Virus genome (UHGV): UHGV-0222911
DNA: 64,000 bases
Reading direction: 5' to 3' (one strand)
Source of the DNA: a virus
In this document: positions 36,905 through 46,686 of the stretch, in pieces
Position numbering within the stretch: position 1 is the first letter of the stretch
Layout: each line of letters starts with the position of its first letter
Notes under the pieces: generated by a model
Databases searched by the model: none
Told to the model about the DNA's origin: nothing
The model's input: the letters and a program-made list of their open reading frames with translations, nothing else
Program-made: the position numbers and the translations under genes

Positions 36905-38560
36905 ACGTCTATGCAATAGCCCCTATACAAGCCTTTCCCTTTCCTTTCCAGAATCTATCCCGTACCTTAAAAGCAATAACTCTATAGCTTACTCTATAGC
37001 CCCTTATCAAATCAACTTAAATAAAAGCCAATAACCCCAGAAAGGGGATGGCCTACTAATTGGTATTGTTACCAATCCCCTAAACGCTCTATAAAGCTCT
37101 ATAACAGCCTTATCAACCTAACTTAAGGGATTGCATTAACCCACTCTAAAAAGCCCTTTATAAAGCTTCCTATAGCCTTAAAAGAATCTTATAAGGGTGT
37201 AAGCTTTATCATCTCGTTAGTTATCTTGTGAATAACTCAATAGCCCTTGATAGTCTCTAAAAAGTATGTTATAGGGGCTGTTAAGTTACTTTGAAGTTAC
37301 GTAAAAGAGGCTATAAAGTTACGTAAACGCTAGCCCCCTTAACATTTTCTTAACAATTTCTTAACAATCCCTACATAGTTATGCTTTTAAGGCACTTGTT
37401 AGAGACTTGTTAGCCCCTTGTTAAATCTCTGTTAAGACCACGTAAAAGCCTTGTAAGAGTCTTTGGCATAGCCTTTAAAGCTCCTATAAAGCCCTATAAA
37501 GAGGTGTCTGTATAGTTGGGGTGTAGTTACTAGGAAGAGACTTAAAAGAGCTTATAAGGGGCTATAGAGAGCTTTTAAGAGGTATGTTTAGAGAGTCACT
37601 AAAAGGGAAGGGAACAATAAGAAAAGAGTAGTGACCATGTTAATAGCTTGTTAAAAAGATTAAACACTTGTTAGGAACTTGTTAATTATCTAATTGGTAT
37701 TGTTACCAATCCCTAACAAAATAACTCTTTAAAATTAACTTGTTAGCTCTTGTTAGTCATCTGTTAAGATTCTGTAAAGTCTATGTATCAACTGTTAAGA
37801 AACTGTTACATCCTTGTTAGTTCTGTTAAGAATCTGTTAAGACCTTTGAAGAGTTGTTAAGAGGATGTAGTAGCTGTTAAGAGATTGTTAAGGATATTTT
37901 AAAATTTTGCAAAGTACTTGTAAGGGAGCTGTTAAGGGCTACCAAGCAGATATACATCTTCTACAGATATTTTTCAGTTCCTTCAAAGACCCTAAAAAAT
38001 GACTTGACAGTCCTATTTTATAAAAATTTTAAAATTCTGAATAATTACCTAGACAGTCTTTTAAAAATACAGGCATAAACAGGCTTATAAGATACCTTGT
38101 TAGTACCGTGTTAGACCTTGTGAGATAAGGTCTGTAAAGATATTCCTGTTAAGTTTGTTAAAACAGTCTATATAGAGGCTTAGTATTTCCTAGTGAACAC
38201 CTATAGAGAGTAACATAGCTAACCTAATGGGTTACTGTTAAGTAACACAGGTAACCTAGAGATTAAGAGGTGTATAGGAGCTTCTAAGAGGGTGTAGAGA
38301 GATGGTTAAGGTGATTGTATAGGTTGTTAAGAAGGCTTGTTAGAAGAGTGTTTAGAAGGGCTATACAGAGGGGCTATTAAGACCACTAGATAGATACTAA
38401 GATACTATATAGTACTATATAACTATATAGAGAGTAAGATTAAGAAGGTTGTTAAGAAGGATAGATATTTTATTCACATATGATGGTGACCCAGAGGTTG
38501 GGACAACCGATAAAATTTTATAAAAATTAAAAAGCCCCCAATTAAGGAGGCTCTTAAGAT
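36905..38560. repeat. 1.7 kb ORF-free region densely populated by YTGTTARG iterons and CTATARAG motifs, plus two copies of CTAATTGGTATTGTTACCAATCCC
   Basis: More than 25 copies of (C)TTGTTAG / CTGTTAAG, often in runs with 10-12 bp period (e.g. 37395-37436, 37739-37892); no ORF of 60 aa or more; lies between convergent gene blocks. Confidence 0.6.
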
Positions 38561-38563
38561 ATT

Positions 38564-39157
38564 TTAAATCAGTGTTTCCAGAACTGTCTTTAGTGATGAC
38601 TTGGTTGTCTGATAAAAATGAGTAAATCCATTGTTATTATCGAATACCTGCATCATGATATCATCTCCCTTGATTGGGTACACTCGGATATCATAGTGAA
38701 AACCATTAAAGACACAAGAACCACTACAGAATGCTCTAAAGTCATCCACTGAGATATACTCTTCATGACCTGTGATTTTTATACAAACACCTTTACTCGG
38801 TCTCTTAGGGTTGATATCTTCCATCACAGACATACTCTGTCCACCAAGAGATACCATAGTGACCACTTTACGGTTCTTCTGTTTAAAGTACATCTTAACT
38901 TTCTGCAAAGTGTCTTCATAGAACGGATACGACTTCTCTACAAAGATTCCTTCAAGTGGCTCTTTACCATTTTGAACCTCTCTGTAACCCCGTACTGCAA
39001 AGATAATTTGTTCTAACCTATTAAGGCTTTCTTCGTAGAGTGCTCCACGAATATCATTCCAGTCAAGGACTAGGTAGTTACCTTCAACTTCTTTTAAGTT
39101 ATCTTTTTCCATAGCTATCACACCATTATCGTAAAACTTGGTAAGCTGGAACTGCAA
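38564..39157 (-). CDS. hypothetical protein
   Basis: 197 aa ORF, first (3'-most) gene of minus-strand block; start may be the internal ATG at 39112. Confidence 0.35.
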   Translation of the reverse strand: MQFQLTKFYDNGVIAMEKDNLKEVEGNYLVLDWNDIRGALYEESLNRLEQIIFAVRGYREVQNGKEPLEGIFVEKSYPFYEDTLQKVKMYFKQKNRKVVTMVSLGGQSMSVMEDINPKRPSKGVCIKITGHEEYISVDDFRAFCSGSCVFNGFHYDIRVYPIKGDDIMMQVFDNNNGFTHFYQTTKSSLKTVLETLI

Positions 39158-39590
39158 ACTTGTTGCCGTTGTTCTTAATGAGGTCTTCTTCTGTTACTAA
39201 GAATGTAATCCCGCATAAGTGTGTGTAGTGGCTATCATACTCAAATATTTTAAATAAGTATTTACCATCATGATAAACAGACTCTACTACACCTTTTGCA
39301 ACAATCTTTCCAGTCTTGAAGTCTTTAAGGTGGTATACATTACCAACTTTAGGAACTGTTTTCATCTCAGGTTCTTTTAGCTTCTCACCAACTTCTACAT
39401 CACCTAGTAAGTTAGAACTTTCAAAAGCTATATGTTTCATATAAGCTTCTGAGCATTCCAAGATAAAGCAATGCACAAGAGCCTTAGCAGCATGTCTTGA
39501 ACAACTCAGCTTATCACAAATCTCTTTGTACATTTTATCTTTAGTTGAGTTGTTAAGCATTGCTTTTTGAACAACTACTTTAACTTTCAT
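39126..39590 (-). CDS. hypothetical protein
   Basis: 154 aa ORF. Confidence 0.35.
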   Translation of the reverse strand: MKVKVVVQKAMLNNSTKDKMYKEICDKLSCSRHAAKALVHCFILECSEAYMKHIAFESSNLLGDVEVGEKLKEPEMKTVPKVGNVYHLKDFKTGKIVAKGVVESVYHDGKYLFKIFEYDSHYTHLCGITFLVTEEDLIKNNGNKFAVPAYQVLR

Positions 39591-40008
39591 AAGCTCTCCG
39601 AATAACCCTATTAAGCATCTCTAAAGTCAGCTTTCCAGATTCTAAATGTGGCATAATGAGCTTTAAAGCTTCTTCAACATCATGCACAACATCTATTATA
39701 CCTTCTTCATAGGCTTCTACAAGGATATCTTTTACATTTTGTGATTTACCTTTTTGTGGTATCACTAGACGCATATCAAACCCATTTGCTTGAGGATGGT
39801 TCTTACCTTGCCAATAACCGTCTTTGTTAAAGCTGATGTAGTCACCATGATAAAAGTGTATACCATTAGCTTTAAACTTTTCCAACACAAGGCATTGAAT
39901 GGGGTATTCAGTATTCCAATCCCTAACTCCTATAGCCTTCACTGTTGCGATATACTTCTGTGTTTTTGCATCTATGATGTCAAGTTCTTGACCAGCTATG
40001 ATTTGCAT
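39580..40008 (-). CDS. hypothetical protein
   Basis: 142 aa ORF. Confidence 0.35.
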   Translation of the reverse strand: MQIIAGQELDIIDAKTQKYIATVKAIGVRDWNTEYPIQCLVLEKFKANGIHFYHGDYISFNKDGYWQGKNHPQANGFDMRLVIPQKGKSQNVKDILVEAYEEGIIDVVHDVEEALKLIMPHLESGKLTLEMLNRVIRRAYES

Positions 40009-40062
40009 ATTCGATACCTTCTAAGTTTCTACAAAGGGGCTATCAAGTAACCCCTCAAATTA

Positions 40063-40287
40063 CTACTCAGACTTTTCAGCCTTCTTATCGGATTTCTTAC
40101 TAGTCTTCTTCTCAGCTTTCTGTTCAGGTTCCTTCTCAGAAGTTGCCTTGATAACCATGTCAAGAAGCTCTGACAGGTCACTCTTCAGTAAAGTAACAGG
40201 CTGCTCATTGTAGAAGTTTTTGTCAAGATAAACTTTGAACTCTTCAATAGAAGGAAATCCAAAAATTGGTACAGGCGTCTTAATCAT
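40063..40287 (-). CDS. hypothetical protein with Lys-rich C-terminus
   Basis: 74 aa; C-terminal EQKAEKKTSKKSDKKAEKSE. Confidence 0.3.
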   Translation of the reverse strand: MIKTPVPIFGFPSIEEFKVYLDKNFYNEQPVTLLKSDLSELLDMVIKATSEKEPEQKAEKKTSKKSDKKAEKSE

Positions 40288-40363
40288 TACTTAGTCTCTC
40301 CATAGGCATCTTTCAAGATTGCCTTGTTAATCATTTCAGCGATTGCAAAACGAACACATACAG

Positions 40364-40867
40364 CTATAATTGTAGGTTGCATTCTTTACTTACCTCTTCA
40401 AGTTTAACCTCAGAGTCCTTGAGTCGCTTCTTATGAACTCTGAATCTTAGTAGTGAGATGATGATACCAACTAAAGGAACAACATACAAGTACCAAACAT
40501 CATACACCTTTGCAGTAACTTGTGTAATGGTTAAATCTTGAGCTATGGAACTAATTGCTGATACTGCCAGCAACGTTGCTAAGAAAAATGCCAGTACCAT
40601 CACAGTACTTAAACAACCTCTGGCATGGTGTTCATGCTTAATGCACTTATTTTTCTCGTCAACAACCCTGTTGTAGTCATTTGTAAAGTCTCTGTAGAAA
40701 GCTTTCAAGTATTCTTGACTGTAACCTTCAAAGCAACCTGTACCATACCAATAATCACCACCAAAATGTGCTATGATACCAGTATCTCCATTTGGTTTGG
40801 TTACTCTCAAAGAGGTGTGATGACGGGTATCTTGATAGTCTATTTTGTATCTTTCTTCGTAAATCAT
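40364..40867 (-). CDS. hypothetical membrane protein (two predicted TM helices)
   Basis: 167 aa; LSTVMVLAFFLATLLAVSAISSIA and VWYLYVVPLVGIIISLL followed by basic tail. Confidence 0.35.
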   Translation of the reverse strand: MIYEERYKIDYQDTRHHTSLRVTKPNGDTGIIAHFGGDYWYGTGCFEGYSQEYLKAFYRDFTNDYNRVVDEKNKCIKHEHHARGCLSTVMVLAFFLATLLAVSAISSIAQDLTITQVTAKVYDVWYLYVVPLVGIIISLLRFRVHKKRLKDSEVKLEEVSKECNLQL

Positions 40868-41082
40868 TTTTCAATCCCTCTCAATCGTTTGTTCCACTCA
40901 AGGTCAACAAGTCTTTGCAGGACTTTACCTCTAGGTGTTACACCTTTTAAATCTGCATCGTAACAATGGTAAAAATCACCTTCAGCATGTCTACCATAGC
41001 ATTTTCTGATGTTCTGACTCCTACGATACTGCTCTAATAGGGACAGTTTGTAGTAATCTTCAACTGTAGTTAGTTTTTTCAT
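40864..41082 (-). CDS. hypothetical protein
   Basis: 72 aa, start-stop overlap with neighbour. Confidence 0.3.
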   Translation of the reverse strand: MKKLTTVEDYYKLSLLEQYRRSQNIRKCYGRHAEGDFYHCYDADLKGVTPRGKVLQRLVDLEWNKRLRGIEK

Positions 41083-41165
41083 TCTTTCACCACGTATCTT
41101 CTCAAGAAACTAAAAAGGGAACTACCTCTCGATAGCTCCCATCATAGTTAATGTTGTATATTCGG

Positions 41166-41747
41166 TCAAGAGTATTTTTTAGGCAGTAATGCACTGCGCT
41201 TGTTGCTCTCTTCACTCAATAGTGCGATAAATTCATCACCTTTCCCTTTCCACGGGCTGAATGTAGGGATGTGCTCTCTGATAGCATCAATCACTGTTTT
41301 CAGGGCGTTGTTCTTTAACCACCAATCAGACACTGCCGAAGCTACAATGTAATAAGCACCATCATCTGTGAAGATTGGCTCAGAGATACATGGTGAAATC
41401 ATAGTGGTAATGATAGAGCCATTGTTCATGTAGTATGTTCTTTTTTCAACCTTATCAAGAAGCTTATGAAGGTCTGCAAAGAGACTCACCACCTCTTTAT
41501 GGTCAATATCTTTTTCAAGATTTGCTCTGTATTTCAATAGTGCAGCATCAACCTCTTTATCGTTGAATTTGAAGTATTGGACTTCTTCATTCACACATAC
41601 GCTGATGTTGTTGGTGTTTATCGTCAATTTGCACAGTTTGACTGGAGAGTTGATGTTGGTCTGGAAAAGTGCTACACAGCCTTCTACATTCCCGAAATGT
41701 TTGACTAATGTAACTTCTGGTTGGATGTGCTCATGTTCTTCTGACAT
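41166..41747 (-). CDS. hypothetical protein
   Basis: 193 aa ORF. Confidence 0.35.
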   Translation of the reverse strand: MSEEHEHIQPEVTLVKHFGNVEGCVALFQTNINSPVKLCKLTINTNNISVCVNEEVQYFKFNDKEVDAALLKYRANLEKDIDHKEVVSLFADLHKLLDKVEKRTYYMNNGSIITTMISPCISEPIFTDDGAYYIVASAVSDWWLKNNALKTVIDAIREHIPTFSPWKGKGDEFIALLSEESNKRSALLPKKYS

Positions 41748-42091
41748 TATAGTTTCCTCATTAAATACTTTTTAAGTTGTGTGTTAGGTTTCTCAAAAAC
41801 TTCTATAGAAGATATCTTGACAGATTCACCACGCATACCTGTATGTTTGAATATATAGTACTCTAACATCCCTATATACTTTGCTGGTAAGTCATGCTTG
41901 ACATACACCGTTACAGAATCTTCAAATTCAACAACCTTTGTACCATCTTTGTAGTTAAACTCTTTAGGATGGTTGTAGTTGTCGATATCGTACATTAAAA
42001 AGAGTCTTTTCCGTTGCATGTCGAGCTTGTTGGTTAAAGACTCTTTGATATCTGAGAAGTTTTTGTACACTGTGACATGGAGCTTACTCAT
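41747..42091 (-). CDS. hypothetical protein
   Basis: 114 aa ORF. Confidence 0.35.
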   Translation of the reverse strand: MSKLHVTVYKNFSDIKESLTNKLDMQRKRLFLMYDIDNYNHPKEFNYKDGTKVVEFEDSVTVYVKHDLPAKYIGMLEYYIFKHTGMRGESVKISSIEVFEKPNTQLKKYLMRKL

Positions 42092-42377
42092 CGTTAAACT
42101 CTCTGACGAAGAAATAATTGACTTTATTATTACCTACCATAAGGTCAAAGCAGGTATTCTCAAAAGGTTTGTTGTAGGCATCGTATGAAGTGTACGTATC
42201 AGCTACTTGTTTAGTATTTAGCTTTTTACTTGATGGGTTTAAGAGGCCACCATACAGCTTCTTGATAGCCTCTTCTACAACAGACCAGATAATTTCGTCA
42301 GTAATTTCTTCGTACAGGTCAAGTTCACGCTCTAGTGAGAAGTCACAAATAGGGAAGATAACCTGTACTTTACTCAT
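42084..42377 (-). CDS. hypothetical protein
   Basis: 97 aa ORF. Confidence 0.3.
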   Translation of the reverse strand: MSKVQVIFPICDFSLERELDLYEEITDEIIWSVVEEAIKKLYGGLLNPSSKKLNTKQVADTYTSYDAYNKPFENTCFDLMVGNNKVNYFFVREFNDE

Positions 42378-42772
42378 TAACGGATAACCTGTGTGACTTG
42401 AATTGCTTCAGTTACGGACAATTCACCTACTTTCTCTTCTTTGATAAAAGTGAAGGTGAGTTCAACAGGTTCTTGCTCTTCTTGCTCAACTGGAACACCA
42501 TTAAGCTCATCAAAGATTGATTGGGTAGTCCAGTCTTCCCCACCATCTGGATAGTGGATGGCATAAAGAGGAAACTCTAAATTATACCAAGCAAAAACAG
42601 GACAACCGTCTGCATCATCTCGGCATCTGTGGAGGTACGTATTTGTACCTTCAAAATGCAAATGAAGATTGCCATTCTTCTCAAATAGAAGAGCATCTCG
42701 CAGGTCTAGTTCCTCATTTTCGCTGTAACGACTGACATCAACTTTAACGTGGATATGACTGTTATTATTCAT
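42377..42772 (-). CDS. hypothetical protein
   Basis: 131 aa ORF. Confidence 0.35.
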   Translation of the reverse strand: MNNNSHIHVKVDVSRYSENEELDLRDALLFEKNGNLHLHFEGTNTYLHRCRDDADGCPVFAWYNLEFPLYAIHYPDGGEDWTTQSIFDELNGVPVEQEEQEPVELTFTFIKEEKVGELSVTEAIQVTQVIR

Positions 42773-43163
42773 AAAAACCTCTCTCTGCTTGTTCGATTTT
42801 TGCTCTTAAAGTTTCGCAATGCTGTAAATGGTGGTTAGCTTCTTGTTCATGTGTTGCTAACTGCCTTTCAAGAACAGTTTTATAGTAACCTGCAAGTTGC
42901 TCTTTTGTCAATGGGTGCTCTGAAATAATATCAAGTCCACTTTCACCAAGAGGATTGAATTGTCCATGCTCATTGACATTGTAAGTCTCAAACTTGAACA
43001 TACCATTGTTCACAGACTCAATAGGTGACAGTTCAACAAGCTCTACAGTAAACCGTGTATACACCTTGTCGCCTCTTGAAACTACATTGTTTCCAATGAT
43101 GCGTACAAGCGAACCATTGCGAGTGTATTTAAAAGTCCCAAAGTCACTAGCCCAAAGCTTCAT
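42765..43163 (-). CDS. hypothetical protein
   Basis: 132 aa ORF. Confidence 0.35.
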   Translation of the reverse strand: MKLWASDFGTFKYTRNGSLVRIIGNNVVSRGDKVYTRFTVELVELSPIESVNNGMFKFETYNVNEHGQFNPLGESGLDIISEHPLTKEQLAGYYKTVLERQLATHEQEANHHLQHCETLRAKIEQAERGFYE

Positions 43164-43175
43164 AGTTTTCTCCTT

Positions 43176-43205
43176 AGAAAATAAAAAAGGCTCCCGAAGG
43201 AGCCT
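43176..43205 (-). terminator. rho-independent terminator-like hairpin downstream of endolysin gene
   Basis: Minus-strand AGGCTCC-TTCG-GGAGCCT followed by TTTTTTATTTT. Confidence 0.45.
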
Positions 43206-43214
43206 ATGAAGATA

Positions 43215-43679
43215 TTACTTTGGGTATACACTGTCAAGATAAATGTCAGCTTCCATTCTACGTCTGTTTTTAAGACCGTTTGAGGTGACCTTCTTACCTT
43301 TGACTGTAACCTTGTTCCACCACTGCATAGCTTCTGCACAACCTACCTTATTACCAGCATTGTGGCGCTTGATAAATGTAGAATCCTGCATAGCTGTGAT
43401 ACCGATGTTGTATGTTTCACTTACAAGTGCATCGAACTCATTCTGAGAAGTTGGAACCTTGATAGCTTTGTTCACTGCTGCAACAAACTTTTCAACATCT
43501 GCGAGAAGATACTGTTCGGCTTGTTCAGCAGTAATTTTCATACCCATCTTAACAGGTTTCCCGTCAATACGGATTGTGCCATACCCAATTGTTGGGATTC
43601 CGGCAGAGTCTTCGTAAGCCTCTAGCTTCAGACCTTCAAAGAACTTAATGGCTTCTAAGCCTTTTCTTGAGAGTTGCAT
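43215..43679 (-). CDS. endolysin, phage lysozyme (GH24 muramidase-like)
   Basis: 154 aa; EGLKLEAYEDSAGIPTIGYG with catalytic Glu-Asp-Thr spacing typical of T4/lambda-type lysozymes (recalled). Confidence 0.65.
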   Translation of the reverse strand: MQLSRKGLEAIKFFEGLKLEAYEDSAGIPTIGYGTIRIDGKPVKMGMKITAEQAEQYLLADVEKFVAAVNKAIKVPTSQNEFDALVSETYNIGITAMQDSTFIKRHNAGNKVGCAEAMQWWNKVTVKGKKVTSNGLKNRRRMEADIYLDSVYPK

Positions 43680-45061
43680 TATGCCTCCCCTGTTGGGTTA
43701 ACTGTAACTGTTGCCGCATTAGATGTTACAGAGCCACCTGCACCAGTTACAACACAAGTGTAGCTTCCTGCATCAGCAGCGGTTGCACCTTCTTTGGTGT
43801 AAGTTGCAGTAGTTGCGTCTGGGATGTTTTCCTCACCCTTCTTCCACTGGTAGCCTGTTGCACCTGTTGCCACAACATTCAGCGTTAAGGTCTCACCTTC
43901 AGTGATTTCTTGATTGGTTGGCTGTTGAGTGATTACAGGAAGAGCATTCACAGTTACTACAGCAGCGTCAGAGACTACATCTCCACCTGCGCCAGTTACC
44001 GTGCATTTGTAAGACCCAGCATCAGCAGGTGTTACACCAGCTTTGGTAAAGGTTGCAGATTTTGCTTCCTCAATACTTACGTTATCTTTGCTCCACTGGT
44101 AGCCTGTTGCTCCAGTTGCAACGATGTTAAGAGTAAGTGTGCCACCCTCATTTACTGTTTTTGCAGTTGGCTGTTGAGTGATTACAGGAAGAGCATTCAC
44201 AGTAACTGTCGCTGCACTAGATGTGACTGAACCACCCGCACCAGTTACTACACAGGTATATGAGCCTGCATCTGTTGGTAGTGCGCCAGACTTGCTATAG
44301 GTAGCTTCTGTAGCTGAAGGGATGTCAGAGCCATCTTTCTTCCATTGGTAACCTGTTGCACCCGTTGCAGTAACCTCCAAGTTGATATTTCCACCCTCAT
44401 TGATGGTCTGACTAGAAGGTTGCTGTGTAATCACGGGTAGCGCATTAACAGTAACTGTTGCCGCATCTGATGTAACACTTGTCCCTGCCTCTCCAGATAC
44501 AACACAAGTGTATGAACCAGCGTCAGAAGGCACTACAGATTGTTTTGTATAAGTTGCAGAAGTGGCACTGGAGATGTCCTCGCCACCCTTCTTCCACTGA
44601 TATCCAGTGGCATTAGTTGCGATAACGCTTAGGGTAAGTGTGCCACCCTCATTAACTGTTTGGTTTGTCGGTTGCTGAGTGATTGCTGGTGGCTTAATAG
44701 CATCCTTCAACTTAGCATTCAACATTGAGAACGGTTTAACTCTTGCCAACCATTCACAATAAACTGTATCAACGTCTTTACCATTGATAATTGCGTATTG
44801 TAAATCCATGAAGAAGTCAGAAGTTCTCATCTGAGCACCGATACTGTAAAGCAAATCATCACTAAAAGGGACTTTGTAGTCTGGTTTGTAGTCAAACTTC
44901 TCAACCTCTGCGATATCAGCTTCAGGCCAATATGAACTATAGGTAAGTGGTAAAATAGCCTCTTGATATGTTCTAAAATCATATCTCTTACCAGCCTTTA
45001 CATTTGCAATGAAGCCCTTTACAAATTCTTTGAAGTCTGGATAAGTCTTTGCTTTAATCAT
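43679..45061 (-). CDS. protein with four tandem Ig-like domains and a unique N-terminal domain
   Basis: 460 aa; four repeats of about 90 aa each (ITQQPTNQTVNEGGTLTL...ATGYQWKK...DAGSYTCVVTGAGGSVTS...ATVTVNALPV); N-terminal domain paralogous to neighbouring 45058..45429 product. Confidence 0.5.
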   Translation of the reverse strand: MIKAKTYPDFKEFVKGFIANVKAGKRYDFRTYQEAILPLTYSSYWPEADIAEVEKFDYKPDYKVPFSDDLLYSIGAQMRTSDFFMDLQYAIINGKDVDTVYCEWLARVKPFSMLNAKLKDAIKPPAITQQPTNQTVNEGGTLTLSVIATNATGYQWKKGGEDISSATSATYTKQSVVPSDAGSYTCVVSGEAGTSVTSDAATVTVNALPVITQQPSSQTINEGGNINLEVTATGATGYQWKKDGSDIPSATEATYSKSGALPTDAGSYTCVVTGAGGSVTSSAATVTVNALPVITQQPTAKTVNEGGTLTLNIVATGATGYQWSKDNVSIEEAKSATFTKAGVTPADAGSYKCTVTGAGGDVVSDAAVVTVNALPVITQQPTNQEITEGETLTLNVVATGATGYQWKKGEENIPDATTATYTKEGATAADAGSYTCVVTGAGGSVTSNAATVTVNPTGEA

Positions 45062-45429
45062 TTCTTTTTAGCCTCTAAACGTGCGTTTAATCTGAAATAG
45101 CCTTTATGTTGTGGAGATACATCACCAACAACAATACCTTCAACTTTATAACCCTTACCAATTACATACTGGATATCCATAAGAAACGTACCAAGCCCAA
45201 CAATGTGGAACATTGGGTATAGTAACTTATCTGAATCTGGGAGTTTAATGTCTGGGTTATAGGTAGGTTGCTCGGCAGTTGGTGTAATATCCTCTTCAGG
45301 CCATCTACTCATTCTCCATGTTAAAGGTGATGAAATAACATCGTTAAGATTGTATTTTTCACCATTCTCCACGGAGCGGATATAGGATTGTAGGAAGCAA
45401 TAAAAGTCTTTTGCACTCTTAGCCTTCAT
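45058..45429 (-). CDS. hypothetical protein, paralog of the N-terminal domain of the Ig-repeat protein
   Basis: 123 aa; MKAKSAKDFYCFLQSYIRSVENGEKY aligns with MIKAKTYPDFKEFVKGFIANVKAGKRY of the neighbour. Confidence 0.4.
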   Translation of the reverse strand: MKAKSAKDFYCFLQSYIRSVENGEKYNLNDVISSPLTWRMSRWPEEDITPTAEQPTYNPDIKLPDSDKLLYPMFHIVGLGTFLMDIQYVIGKGYKVEGIVVGDVSPQHKGYFRLNARLEAKKK

Positions 45430-45476
45430 TAAATATCCTTATAAATAGATAAAGGGGCGTTAGCCCCTGTTTACAC

Positions 45477-46067
45477 TTAAGCTTTGGTCTTAAGTAGGTT
45501 CTTAAGCTTTTTGAGATTCATGCTCTCATCAAACTTAAAACCAAATCCATTGACATAATCAATGAACTCGGATTTCTTACTAAGTGATAGTGCGTAACTC
45601 ATATCGAAGTTATTACTTGTTTCTGCGTCTGGACTAGAGTTCACATCAAATGAAATTTCTGTAGGTTCTTGTTTGCTGCTTCTCATATTATCAATCAATA
45701 GACAGGTATAGTTTGCCGGATAGAAGTTAACACTCCCATCAACATACCCATACTTATTATTGTGAATGAGGCTGGAAAATACCTTAAGAAATGTTTCTGC
45801 GTCGTGGCATACAAGTTTGAATTGACTGCATTCACCAAGAGCCACTAAAGAGTAAGGGCTTTCACTATCAATGTCATAATTCGGATTTGATGTTGTAACC
45901 GTCACACGCATCAGGTTATTGGCGATAGTCTTCTGCTTAAAAGAATTTGGAACATAGTGAAGACCTCTGTCACACTGATTAACTAACTCTTTCAATAGGT
46001 CGTTTGCATATGGTGAATTAATTGATACAGAGCCATCACTATTGTAATTAAAACTTACTGTTAACAT
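45477..46067 (-). CDS. hypothetical protein
   Basis: 196 aa ORF. Confidence 0.35.
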   Translation of the reverse strand: MLTVSFNYNSDGSVSINSPYANDLLKELVNQCDRGLHYVPNSFKQKTIANNLMRVTVTTSNPNYDIDSESPYSLVALGECSQFKLVCHDAETFLKVFSSLIHNNKYGYVDGSVNFYPANYTCLLIDNMRSSKQEPTEISFDVNSSPDAETSNNFDMSYALSLSKKSEFIDYVNGFGFKFDESMNLKKLKNLLKTKA

Positions 46068-46294
46068 TTTTCAGTTCTCCTGCGATTTATAATTTTGCTG
46101 CAATAGAGAAACGAAGTAAACTCACTGGAAGAAACCATTAAGTGTTGTTCACTAGATTGAGCCATTGCCCTGAAATACATTCCAGTCAAAGCATCATAGT
46201 GACTATTCTTTCCAATTGAGGTTATATAGCCATGACTCTTTGCAGTTTGATATAAATCTATAATATCTGCGATTTCTAATTGGGAACTACACAT
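46061..46294 (-). CDS. hypothetical protein
   Basis: 77 aa ORF. Confidence 0.3.
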   Translation of the reverse strand: MCSSQLEIADIIDLYQTAKSHGYITSIGKNSHYDALTGMYFRAMAQSSEQHLMVSSSEFTSFLYCSKIINRRRTEKC

Positions 46295-46458
46295 AGATAA
46301 TCCTCTTGTCTTCTGTAATTTTGAAAGAACAGGTACAGACCAATTTCAGAGGATGAATAGTAGAGTAACTCTACCCTTTTTGATTCCTTACAGTGATTGG
46401 TATTTTTACCTTTCTTCGGGTTATTTGATTTTCTCATTAAGTCTCCTTTGTAGAACAA
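46276..46458 (-). CDS. hypothetical small protein
   Basis: 60 aa ORF at 5' end of minus-strand block. Confidence 0.2.
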   Translation of the reverse strand: MFYKGDLMRKSNNPKKGKNTNHCKESKRVELLYYSSSEIGLYLFFQNYRRQEDYLCVVPN

Positions 46459-46536
46459 GGCAGACCTACAGCTTTAAGTAAGATGGTACAGTAATCCATA
46501 CAACAAGTCAAGAACTATTGCAAGTTAAAAAAGTTG

Positions 46537-46600
46537 TTGACAAAGTACTTGACAAGGTGTAGGCTTATAAATACTTAGAAGATAACTTAAAAGGTTCCTC
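46537..46600 (+). promoter_or_regulatory. Conserved promoter/operator element with tandem TTGACAA boxes (copy 2)
   Basis: TTGACAAAGTACTTGACAAGGTGT ... AACTTAAAAGGTTCC; matches 1011-1075. Confidence 0.4.
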
Positions 46601-46686
46601 TAAAAAGGCTATTTAAACAGATATCTTTCTGGATATCTATCTTTTATCTTAAAAGCCTTTTAAGAGGTCTTATAAGAGGCATACCA

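Noticed and set aside
43700-44700. Four tandem DNA repeats of about 270 bp considered as a satellite or non-coding repeat
   Set aside because: They are in frame within one long minus-strand ORF and encode repeated Ig-like protein domains.
46537-46578. Assigning the tandem TTGACA boxes as a standard sigma70 promoter
   Set aside because: No conserved -10 hexamer at 16-18 bp from either box in both copies; reported instead as a conserved regulatory element of unknown mechanism.
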